From contig DAONET010000012.1 of assembly GCA_035403225.1 (NCBI GenBank), positions 216-64,215 on the forward strand: a stretch of 64,000 nt of DNA, in the 5' to 3' direction. Below, piece after piece: positions 27,383 to 35,604 of the stretch. Under the pieces are notes generated by a model. That model ran no database searches. It was not told where the DNA came from and saw only the letters and a program-made list of their open reading frames with translations. The stretch comes from Bacteroidales bacterium. Its GTDB lineage: Bacteria > Bacteroidota > Bacteroidia > Bacteroidales > FEN-979. A program made the position numbers and the translations under genes. Positions within the stretch are counted from its first letter, which is position 1; each line of letters opens with the position of its first letter.

Positions 27383-28402
27383 TTAATAACACCAGGTGGT
27401 CAGTCCTTTGATGGTAAATTCATACCGTTTGGCCTGTCCGCCAAAAGCGGTCAAGGCTCTGATCACGTCATGCCGCGTGTTTCCCGGGCAGTAAAAGAAC
27501 ATGAATCCGCCGCCGCCGGCGCCGGAGACTTTCCCCCCGGTAGCACCATGGCGGATAGCCGTTTCATACAATTGATCGAGGAGGGGGTTAGAGATGCCGT
27601 TAGCCATCTTCTTTTTATGCTCCCATCCGAAGGCAAGAATCTCGCCGATGGTATCCAGTTGACCTTTCAGCAAGGCTTCCTTCATCATCACCGACTGTTC
27701 TTTCAACTTCAGCATGGCTTCGATCGATTTCTCGTTTTTCGCCGCCACATTTTTTTGTTGCTGCTCGATAATCCTTGATGACAGACGGCTGGTTTCGGTA
27801 TGGTACAGCACCAGGTTGTTGGCGAGTTCATCCAGGTAATTTTCCCTGATGCGGAGGGGGTTTACAATCACTTTTTCCTTCATGAACTCCATGAAGTTCA
27901 CGCCTCCGAAGGTGGCTGCATACTGATCTTGCTTTCCACCTGCCATACCCAGGTCGGTGCGTTCGATCTCAAAAGCCAGGTGAGCCAGGTCATAATCGCC
28001 AAGGGGCAGGCCCAGCCATTGGGTGAAGGCGCCAAGGATGGCCACCACGAGTGTCGAGGAAGTCCCGAGACCCGAGCCCGGAGGGGCATCAACCCAGGTG
28101 GTCAGTTCAAATGATAACGGCTTCCCGGAAAATTCCTTCACCACCCGGTTGTAAATACCTTTATGGAGGTCCAGTTTCCCGTCAATCTCCAGTTGCTCTT
28201 TTGCTTCCAGTTCATAGAATTCTCCTTTGTCGGGAGAGTTCAGGATGATTTTCCCATTGTTCAGGGGACGAATAGCTGCGTAAGCATACATGCTGATCGT
28301 CGCATTCAGGATGGCGCCGCCATAGATATCGGAAAATGGGGCCACATCGGTTCCGCCTCCGGCAAGACCTAATCGTAATGGCGCTTTACTTCGGATAATC
28401 AT
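27383..28402 (-). CDS. hddA: GHMP-family D-glycero-alpha-D-manno-heptose 7-phosphate kinase
   Basis: IRSKAPLRLGLAGGGTD N-terminus, GHMP motif PPGSGLGTSS, and SGAGGGGF near the C-terminus. Confidence 0.8.
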   Translation of the reverse strand: MIIRSKAPLRLGLAGGGTDVAPFSDIYGGAILNATISMYAYAAIRPLNNGKIILNSPDKGEFYELEAKEQLEIDGKLDLHKGIYNRVVKEFSGKPLSFELTTWVDAPPGSGLGTSSTLVVAILGAFTQWLGLPLGDYDLAHLAFEIERTDLGMAGGKQDQYAATFGGVNFMEFMKEKVIVNPLRIRENYLDELANNLVLYHTETSRLSSRIIEQQQKNVAAKNEKSIEAMLKLKEQSVMMKEALLKGQLDTIGEILAFGWEHKKKMANGISNPLLDQLYETAIRHGATGGKVSGAGGGGFMFFYCPGNTRHDVIRALTAFGGQAKRYEFTIKGLTTWCY

Positions 28403-28430
28403 GAAAAGTCAACATTTAATAATAACACAC

Positions 28431-29585
28431 TTATCCTGTCACTGTTGCAATGGCTTCCACCATCCTGCTCCAGGAGTATTTCATCTTTTCGACGGCGGCA
28501 TTGGCTGCAAATTCATGTTCCCTGTTCTCTTCGTAAAAATCGGCGATAGCGTTGGCAATAGCTTCCGGAGCAGGTTCTGTCACATACCCGACTTGTCCCT
28601 GAGGAACAAATTCAGAGAGTCCGCCGACATCGGTGATGATCATGGGTTTGTTAAAATGATAAGCAATCTGCGTCACCCCGCTCTGGGTGGCGCTTTTGTA
28701 TGGCTGAACCACCAGGTCGGCCGCGCAAAAGTAATTGACCACTTCACTGTCGGGGATAAAATCATTGCTCATGATGATCTGGTCTTTGATGCCAAGCCGT
28801 TCGATCTGCTGAAGGTACGGCTTCGGATCGCAGTAAAACTCTCCGGCCACGATCAGTTTCATCGGTGTTTTTCGCAAGCGTTCATCGGCCATGGCTTCGA
28901 GCAGCAGGTCAAGGCCTTTGTATTCCCTGATAAATCCGAAGAAGAGAAGATAACGAATACTATCATCCAACCCCAGACGCGATTTCGCCTCCGATTTGGT
29001 GATTATTTCTCCGAAATTATCGTACAGCGGATGAGGGCAGAATGAAACCGGTTTGTCCAGACTGAGGCTATGAAGCGTTGTTTCGATATCCTTTTGTACC
29101 GACCGTGACATCGCGATGAAACCATCGGCTGATCTCACCCAGTACTTGATCAGGATCCGGTCACCGGGTCGTTTTTCATGCGGGATGAGGTTATCGACGA
29201 TCGACACCACCTTCGTATGCCTGTTTCTCCGGATGATCCGGCATATTGTCCCCAGGCAGGGGGCCATGAAAGGGATCCAGAATTTAACGATGACCAGGTC
29301 GGGGCGTAGCTTTTTCAAGCGCCGTCCGACGCGGATCCAATTCAATGGATTGATGGAATTCACCCGGATATCGATCGGGATATCTGCCGGAGCAGGTTCG
29401 GTAGCATATTGGGTTTTCCCGGGAAAAAGGATCGAAGGATATTGCAGGCTGAAGGTATAGATGGAAGCATCGTCCCCCCGGAGCAGGTATTCGCGGATCA
29501 GCCGTTCATTAAATGTGGCAAGCCCACCCCGGAGAGGATGGGCTGACCCGATGAGCACGACTTTCTTTTTCGCAGAATTGTCCAC
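28431..29585 (-). CDS. GT4-family (GT-B, group 1) glycosyltransferase
   Basis: 384 aa with the C-terminal E-x7-E region (QPYKSATQSGVTQIAYHFNKPMI...GGLSEFV). Confidence 0.85.
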   Translation of the reverse strand: MDNSAKKKVVLIGSAHPLRGGLATFNERLIREYLLRGDDASIYTFSLQYPSILFPGKTQYATEPAPADIPIDIRVNSINPLNWIRVGRRLKKLRPDLVIVKFWIPFMAPCLGTICRIIRRNRHTKVVSIVDNLIPHEKRPGDRILIKYWVRSADGFIAMSRSVQKDIETTLHSLSLDKPVSFCPHPLYDNFGEIITKSEAKSRLGLDDSIRYLLFFGFIREYKGLDLLLEAMADERLRKTPMKLIVAGEFYCDPKPYLQQIERLGIKDQIIMSNDFIPDSEVVNYFCAADLVVQPYKSATQSGVTQIAYHFNKPMIITDVGGLSEFVPQGQVGYVTEPAPEAIANAIADFYEENREHEFAANAAVEKMKYSWSRMVEAIATVTG

Positions 29586-29593
29586 GATGATGG

Positions 29594-30535
29594 TTAGTTA
29601 TGATTAATTCTTTTTTCAATCAGATAATTGTTCCGGTCGGATGAATTGCGGGTGATCAATTCGCCCAGGAAACCAGCCACGAACAGTTGTGTTCCGAGGA
29701 TCATGGCCAGCAACCCGAGATAGAAAAGCGGTCGTTCGGTCATCCGGAATTCCAGCATAAAAACTTTCGCGTAGGCCAGATAACCGGCGATGCAGAAACC
29801 GATCAGGAAGAGAAATGTCCCCCATAACCCGAAGAAATGCATCGGGTTTTTCCCGAAGCGGGTGGTGAAGGTGATGGTAAGCAAATCGAGGTATCCTTTG
29901 AAAAAGCGGTCGAGGCCGTATTTGGTAACCCCGTATTTTCTTTTCTGGTGATGAACCACTTTTTCACCGATCTTCTTGAATCCGGCCCATTTGGCGATTA
30001 CCGGGATGTACCGGTGCATCTCTCCGTAAACTTCAATGCTCTTGACCACCTGTTTCCGATAGGCTTTGAGGCCGCAATTGAAGTCGTGGAGGCGGATGCC
30101 CGACATCCGGCGGGTCGTCCAGTTGAAGAAGCGAGTGGGGATAGTCTTCGAGATCGGGTCATACCTTTTCTTTTTCCATCCTGAAACAAGATCATATCCC
30201 TCTTCCCTGATCATCCGCACCAGTTCCGGGATTTCATCAGGGCTGTCCTGCAAGTCGGCATCCATGGTGATGACCACATCGCCGTTGGCAGCCTGGAATC
30301 CCACATTCAGCGCTGCAGCTTTTCCGTAGTTACGTTGAAATTTAATCCCGTGTACCCGCGGGTCAGTGCTGCCGAGTTGTTCAATGATCTCCCAGGAATG
30401 ATCCCGGCTCCCGTCATCGACAAAAATGATCTCATGCGAGAGTCCGTTTTCTTTCGCCACCCGGGTGATCCAGGCGTGCAACTCGTTCAGGGATTCTTCT
30501 TCGTTCAGAAGAGGTATGACTATTGAGACATCCAT
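29594..30535 (-). CDS. GT2-family polyprenol-phosphate glycosyltransferase (ArnC/DPM1-like) with two C-terminal TM helices
   Basis: VSIVIPLLNEE, VDDGSRD and MDADLQD motifs, followed by C-terminal TM helices. The ATG at 30535 is preferred over the track's TTG at 30553. Confidence 0.85.
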   Translation of the reverse strand: MDVSIVIPLLNEEESLNELHAWITRVAKENGLSHEIIFVDDGSRDHSWEIIEQLGSTDPRVHGIKFQRNYGKAAALNVGFQAANGDVVITMDADLQDSPDEIPELVRMIREEGYDLVSGWKKKRYDPISKTIPTRFFNWTTRRMSGIRLHDFNCGLKAYRKQVVKSIEVYGEMHRYIPVIAKWAGFKKIGEKVVHHQKRKYGVTKYGLDRFFKGYLDLLTITFTTRFGKNPMHFFGLWGTFLFLIGFCIAGYLAYAKVFMLEFRMTERPLFYLGLLAMILGTQLFVAGFLGELITRNSSDRNNYLIEKRINHN

Positions 30536-30545
30536 ACAATACGGG

Positions 30546-31082
30546 TTAAACAAGAGGTTCGACCGACTTATCCTCTTTCTTTACAAAGATGGCAGCGATA
30601 AGGGCGATGACGACAGAAGCGATAGCGTATCCGATAAATGCGGAGACGGCAATCATGGCGGGTGACATGAATTTGGAAGACATCTCAACCGCCTGTTCAA
30701 TCTGTTCTTCGCTCATGTTAGGGTTGGTGGAATACATTGTCTGCCTTGAGATATCCATCATTTCCTGAATGTATCCCGGATGGATGTACTTCACAAATAC
30801 GAACATATAGACAGCCACCAACAGGCCTCCGAAAAGTCCGATCATGAAACACGAAACAAAGGCTTTGCTGTAAGGCATAAAACCGTTGAGGTATTTCTTT
30901 CTGTATTCAAGGGTACCCCAAACCATACCACCGATCAAAAAGAGATAGCTGATGTATCCCAGAATTTTATTGGTATATACTCCTGCCAGGAACAGGATCA
31001 GATTATAAAGGATCAGAACTGCCCCTGTAATAATACCGAACCAAAGGGCATTTGACGAAACAGAACGCGGTTTTTCTTCCAT
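30546..31082 (-). CDS. DUF4199-like integral membrane protein
   Basis: The start is refined to MEEKPRS. It is a four-TM small protein immediately upstream of the GT2 gene; the family name comes from memory. Confidence 0.7.
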   Translation of the reverse strand: MEEKPRSVSSNALWFGIITGAVLILYNLILFLAGVYTNKILGYISYLFLIGGMVWGTLEYRKKYLNGFMPYSKAFVSCFMIGLFGGLLVAVYMFVFVKYIHPGYIQEMMDISRQTMYSTNPNMSEEQIEQAVEMSSKFMSPAMIAVSAFIGYAIASVVIALIAAIFVKKEDKSVEPLV

Positions 31083-31160
31083 GATGTTGAGTTTTGGTTT
31101 ACATATTGGGCAAACATACAAAAAAACGGTCATGTTGATGGAAACAAAGCCGAATTTTTC

Positions 31161-31168
31161 TACCTTTG
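31161..31168 (+). promoter_or_regulatory. -7 promoter box (TACCTTTG) for SRP RNA
   Basis: The CTACCTTTGCA context is identical to that of the tRNA-Lys promoter. It ends about 5 nt before the predicted RNA 5' end. Confidence 0.55.
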
Positions 31169-31172
31169 CAGC

Positions 31173-31270
31173 GGGTAAGTCTTATACGACCAGCTCCCGT
31201 TGAACTCCCCCAGGTCCGGAAGGAAGCAAGGGTAAAATGGTTGAGCGGTGCGATATAAGTAACTTACCCA
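31173..31270 (+). ncRNA. ffs: signal recognition particle RNA (small/4.5S type)
   Basis: Contains CAGGTCCGGAAGGAAGCA, identical to the conserved domain IV core of E. coli 4.5S RNA. The 5' GGGTAAGT pairs with the 3' ACTTACCC, and a T6 run follows. Confidence 0.85.
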
Positions 31271-31316
31271 TTTTTTATTTTCTTTCTATTACTACATTTG
31301 TAGAAAATATTAAGCC

Positions 31317-31937
31317 TTGCTGTTAAAGATACATCCGGATAACCCGGGCGAACGTCATCTGAAGATTATTACCGAGTGTTTGCGTGACGGAGGGGTGATC
31401 ATTTATCCCACCGACACAGTCTACGGGATGGGTTGTGACATTACCAGGATCAAAGCCGTTGAACGGGTAGCGCAGATCAAGGGGATCAAACGCGAGAAGG
31501 CAAATTTCTCCTTTATATGTTCATCGTTGTCGCAGCTTTCCGATTACACACTCCCGATTCCCAACCCCGTGTACAAAATGATGAGGAAAGCCCTGCCGGG
31601 GCCTTACACGTTTATATTGAATGCCAACAGCAATGTGCCCCGTTTTTTCCAAAGCAAGAAAAAAACCGTAGGTATTCGTATTCCCGCACACAATGTCCCG
31701 CTGCAGATCGTTGAACTATCAGGTATCCCGATCATGACCACCTCCCTGCACGATGATGATAAAATTCGCGAGTATCCTACTGATCCGGAGATTATTTACG
31801 AACGATACCGGAAGCTGGTCGACATTGTCATCGATTCGGGGCCTTGTGGAATCGTAGCTTCTACGGTCATCGACTGTACAGGTGAAGAACCCCTGTTAGT
31901 CAGACAAGGTAAAGGAGATTGGGACAGTCTGTTATAG
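31317..31937 (+). CDS. tsaC: L-threonylcarbamoyladenylate synthase (YrdC/TsaC family)
   Basis: GGVIIYPTDTVYGMGCD motif, 206 aa, TTG start. Confidence 0.88.
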   Translation: MLLKIHPDNPGERHLKIITECLRDGGVIIYPTDTVYGMGCDITRIKAVERVAQIKGIKREKANFSFICSSLSQLSDYTLPIPNPVYKMMRKALPGPYTFILNANSNVPRFFQSKKKTVGIRIPAHNVPLQIVELSGIPIMTTSLHDDDKIREYPTDPEIIYERYRKLVDIVIDSGPCGIVASTVIDCTGEEPLLVRQGKGDWDSLL

Positions 31938-32014
31938 TTTTCGATGTTTCTTCCCGTTGATTTTATCTTTAACATTTTTGAAGTTTGGGTTTTGAACTTT
32001 AAATTTTAGTCACT

Positions 32015-32022
32015 ACCTTTGC
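32015..32022 (+). promoter_or_regulatory. -7 promoter box (TACCTTTG) for tRNA-Lys
   Basis: TAnnTTTG match within CTACCTTTGCA, 28 nt upstream of the tRNA. Confidence 0.5.
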
Positions 32023-32049
32023 ACCCGCAAAATCTTGAATAAAAAAGAT

Positions 32050-32122
32050 GATTCGCTAGCTCAGCAGGTAGAGCATCGCCCTTTTAAGGCGGGGGTCCTG
32101 GGTTCGAGCCCCAGGCGGATCA
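32050..32122 (+). tRNA. tRNA-Lys (anticodon UUU)
   Basis: Hand-folded cloverleaf: acceptor GATTCGC/GCGGATC, D arm GCTC/GAGC, anticodon loop CTTTTAA, T arm CTGGG-TTCGAGC-CCCAG, discriminator A. No CCA is encoded. Confidence 0.93.
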
Positions 32123-32124
32123 CA

Positions 32125-32152
32125 AAAGCCGGGTTTCTCCCGGCTTTTTTAT
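32125..32152 (+). terminator. rho-independent terminator after tRNA-Lys
   Basis: AGCCGGG-tttct-CCCGGCT followed by T6. Confidence 0.8.
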
Positions 32153-32394
32153 TTTCACTTATTCCCTCCCCTTCCCTCTTCCATTACATCAATCACCTAA
32201 CATTCAAAAGCACAACTTCATTCCCTGGCACCCGGGAGAAAGGTATGATAACATCAATCTGATTGTGCCCCAAAGCCACCCTTTTTCTCCCGATGAAATA
32301 AACATAACATCATTGCAACATTTTTTTTCCGCATCACCTATCGTGATGTTTCATTTTATTTTATATTTGCATTAGTTGGATGACACCAAATTCT

Positions 32395-33210
32395 ATGAAA
32401 AAAAAGATCCTGGTTCCCACTGACCTTACATCGACCGCTGATAAAGCTATTTTTCAGGCACTTGCCATGGCGAAAAAGATGGAAGCTGATGTGGAGCTCA
32501 TTTCTGTTGTTTCCGATGACACCCTACCTGCCGAACTGGTAGAGATGGACCTGAACACGGAAATAGTCAGGCTCCGGAAAAAGACCGGGATCACTTGCGA
32601 GAGAAAAGTATTGAAAGGGAGTCTGATGTCTGTGATTGAGAAGTTTCCTTACACGGAAAATCACCCGCTCATGGTCATCGGCACCCACGGGATCCACGGA
32701 CTGAGACAACGGCTGATTGGGTCCAATATTCTGAAACTGGTATCGAAATCATCCATTCCCGTTCTGGTAGTTCAGGAAAAGTCTCCGCTGGTGAAAAACT
32801 TCAACAGGATCGTTCTTCCGGTGGCCAGCCATGCCTCGTTTTATAAAGCCGTTCATGCGGTCACCTGCATGGCTGAATTGTACCAAAGCGAGATCTGCCT
32901 CTACTCCATTCAAAAAAACGGATTCGTATGGCCCGATCAGCTGGTCAAAAACATCGAACTGGCTATCAGCACTTTCGAAGAGCATCACGTGAAGGTGACC
33001 AGGGTCAGGGAAGGCCAGAATGTCTATTCGCAAGGATACGCCAAGCAAACACTCAATTACGCCCACTCGGTAAATGCCGATGCGATCTGCATCATGTCCA
33101 TCCCTTCCAGAGAATACTATTATTTTGCCCAGGCGGATAAAGAACATACCCTGCTAAACGACCATTATATCCCTGTTTTGTGTGCAGGAGGGGGATTTGA
33201 GGAAATATAA
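32395..33210 (+). CDS. tandem universal stress protein (UspA family)
   Basis: Two Usp halves (MKKKILVPTDLT... and RIVLPVASH...). The ATG at 32395 is preferred because a TATATTTG box ends at 32369; an alternative ATG is at 32380. Confidence 0.8.
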   Translation: MKKKILVPTDLTSTADKAIFQALAMAKKMEADVELISVVSDDTLPAELVEMDLNTEIVRLRKKTGITCERKVLKGSLMSVIEKFPYTENHPLMVIGTHGIHGLRQRLIGSNILKLVSKSSIPVLVVQEKSPLVKNFNRIVLPVASHASFYKAVHAVTCMAELYQSEICLYSIQKNGFVWPDQLVKNIELAISTFEEHHVKVTRVREGQNVYSQGYAKQTLNYAHSVNADAICIMSIPSREYYYFAQADKEHTLLNDHYIPVLCAGGGFEEI

Positions 33211-33231
33211 CTGCCAACGAAAATCATTGGA

Positions 33232-35466
33232 ATGAGAAAACCTGGTTGTATGCGTTTCAGCTTACATGATCGGGGAAGTAAACTTCTTCCTGTTCTCATC
33301 CTGATAATATTGTTTTGCTCCTCCGTCAATGGTCAGTTGACTCCTGAAAACCGTATCCGGATACTGACCAAAGAATATTCCCATACAACCAACGACAGCC
33401 TGAAAATTGAAAAACTTTCCGAGATAGCCTTTATCTGTGAGGACATGTTATACGACTCGCACCGCGCCGACAGTGTCGCCGAGATTGCGATAAATATAGC
33501 CCGTGAAAGTCACCGGAATGATCTTCAGTTACTGGCATACAACCGCTATATCGAAGTGATTGAACTAGACTTCAACCAGGAAAAAAATTTTGATTATGCC
33601 GTGAAAGCGCTGGAACTCAGCAGCCTTAATTTTAATGCCCTGACCGGTTGGAGAGTGCTTCGAAATCTGGCAAATGTTTACCTGGCAGAATATCATTACG
33701 AAAAAGCCCTGACCACCGGTAACAGCGCCCTGAAGTTGGCTCAATCGCTGAAAAACGAAAAACTGAAAGCGGAAAGTTATCTGCTCATCGGGAATAGTTA
33801 TGAGGGCAGAAATCAACGGATTGAAGCGTTTACGTGCTATATGGAAGCGATGAATATTGCTGAAAGCCTGGATGACTTTTCTCTACGACGTGAATGCTAT
33901 TCGATCTTATCCAACTTTTATAAAAACAACAGGTTGTTTACACAGTCCATCAAATATAAAAACCTGGAAGAGATCATGATTCTGAGAACCTTTCCCATCG
34001 ATTTTACCGCATTGATGTATGCTCAGTACGATTTGTTGCTGATTGACATGGAAATGAATCAGAACCGGATGGACCTCGTGACTGCCCGCAATATCATGGG
34101 ATACGCCCATCGTGCTCATGACAAACGGCTTCAGGTCTTTATCATGGCTCTGGTCAGGCAGCATTTTATAGAAGCCGGGCAGATAAAGAAACTGTATGAT
34201 CTTTATCATTTCCAATATCCCGAAGAGATGGATGAACTCCGGGGAGAAGACTTGCCCTTATATTACCGGCTTCAGGCCTATTTCCATGAAGAACTGAACC
34301 ATCATGATTCGGCGAACTACTATATGCAGAAAGCAGAAAGCCTTCTGCGACCAATCACGAACAAGATTTTGAAATCGAATTTCTACCACCGCTGGGGACA
34401 GTTTTACCTCAGGCAGGGAAGACAAGCGGATGCTCTCCGGAAGTTTAAACTAGCGTATTCGTTGGCCGATTCCGCCTCCTATTACTCGTATATGTTGAAT
34501 GCTTCATCTCAGATTGAAGCCATTTACCGTGACATGGGTAATTACGGAAAAGCTTACCAATATTCGTCCCTGAACCGGGTCCTCTCCGACAGTATTAACA
34601 ATGCGGCCAGGAAAGAGCAGGTGATCATGGGAGAGATAAACCGGCAAACCCAGCTCTGGAAGGCAGCCAGTAAACGGGAAAAAGAAAACGCCGAAAGAGC
34701 TGCTGTTCAACGACGGCTTGAGCGAAATATCACCGCAGGTGGCGTCGGGGTCCTGATGATCCTTTTCTTTTTCATATTTCGCTCGTACAGACTGCAGAAA
34801 AAGTTTAACCGGAACCTGGATAAAGAAAAGAAGCGGTCGGATGAATTGTTATTAAACATCCTGCCTGTTGAAACAGCAGATGAACTGAAAAAAACAGGAA
34901 CCGCAAAAGCCAAACGATTTGAGTTGGTGACCGTCATGTTCACGGATTTCAAGAACTTCACACATGCCAGTGAAAATATGTCTGCCGAGGCGTTAGTAGA
35001 AGAAGTACATGCCTATTTCAGCGGATTTGACCAGATCATCTCCCGGCATAATATTGAAAAAATCAAGATCATTGGGGATAGTTACATGTGCGCCGGCGGG
35101 TTACCTGTCGAAAACCATTCTCATGCTTATGATGTGGTCAGCGCCGCCCTTGAACTCCAGAAATTTGTGGAAGCCCAAAAGAAACTCCGGATCTCGCAAG
35201 GCCGGATTTATTTCGAGCTCCGCATCGGAATCAACACCGGTCCTGTCGTGGCCGGCATTGTAGGTCTGAAGAAATTCGCCTATGACATCTGGGGCGACAC
35301 GGTCAATACTGCCTCTCGTATGGAAGAATGCGGAGAAGTCAGCAAAGTAAATATCAGCGGAAATACTTTTCTGCACGTCAGTGACCGGTTCCAATGCACG
35401 TACCGGGGGAAAATCCAGGCTAAAAACAAAGGAGAAATCGACATGTACTTTGTCGAGCACCGGTAA
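33232..35466 (+). CDS. TPR-repeat membrane-bound class III adenylate/guanylate cyclase
   Basis: Signal/TM segment, about 470 aa of TPR-like repeats, a second TM (ITAGGVGVLMILFFFIF), then the cyclase domain (VTVMFTDFKNFT, GDSYMCAGG, RIGINTGPVVAGIVG, YDIWGDTVNTASRME). Confidence 0.9.
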   Translation: MRKPGCMRFSLHDRGSKLLPVLILIILFCSSVNGQLTPENRIRILTKEYSHTTNDSLKIEKLSEIAFICEDMLYDSHRADSVAEIAINIARESHRNDLQLLAYNRYIEVIELDFNQEKNFDYAVKALELSSLNFNALTGWRVLRNLANVYLAEYHYEKALTTGNSALKLAQSLKNEKLKAESYLLIGNSYEGRNQRIEAFTCYMEAMNIAESLDDFSLRRECYSILSNFYKNNRLFTQSIKYKNLEEIMILRTFPIDFTALMYAQYDLLLIDMEMNQNRMDLVTARNIMGYAHRAHDKRLQVFIMALVRQHFIEAGQIKKLYDLYHFQYPEEMDELRGEDLPLYYRLQAYFHEELNHHDSANYYMQKAESLLRPITNKILKSNFYHRWGQFYLRQGRQADALRKFKLAYSLADSASYYSYMLNASSQIEAIYRDMGNYGKAYQYSSLNRVLSDSINNAARKEQVIMGEINRQTQLWKAASKREKENAERAAVQRRLERNITAGGVGVLMILFFFIFRSYRLQKKFNRNLDKEKKRSDELLLNILPVETADELKKTGTAKAKRFELVTVMFTDFKNFTHASENMSAEALVEEVHAYFSGFDQIISRHNIEKIKIIGDSYMCAGGLPVENHSHAYDVVSAALELQKFVEAQKKLRISQGRIYFELRIGINTGPVVAGIVGLKKFAYDIWGDTVNTASRMEECGEVSKVNISGNTFLHVSDRFQCTYRGKIQAKNKGEIDMYFVEHR

Positions 35467-35604
35467 GCTGTCCTTCCTTTTCACGTTTCCCGGTTGTCCG
35501 GAAAAGCTTGCTTTTCCCGGGCTAAAATCGTAATTATGCAGTCTGATAAATGCCCGAGAGAAAAGTCGACGAATGACTTCTTCCCCGGGTAATTTTTGAA
35601 ACCG

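Noticed and set aside
32035-32262. A 75-aa ORF spanning the tRNA-Lys region.
   Set aside because: It overlaps a cleanly folding tRNA and its terminator, and has no independent support.
32123-35466. A possible genomic island integrated at tRNA-Lys.
   Set aside because: There is no integrase, no direct repeat of the tRNA 3' end visible downstream, and the composition is similar to the flanking core genes.
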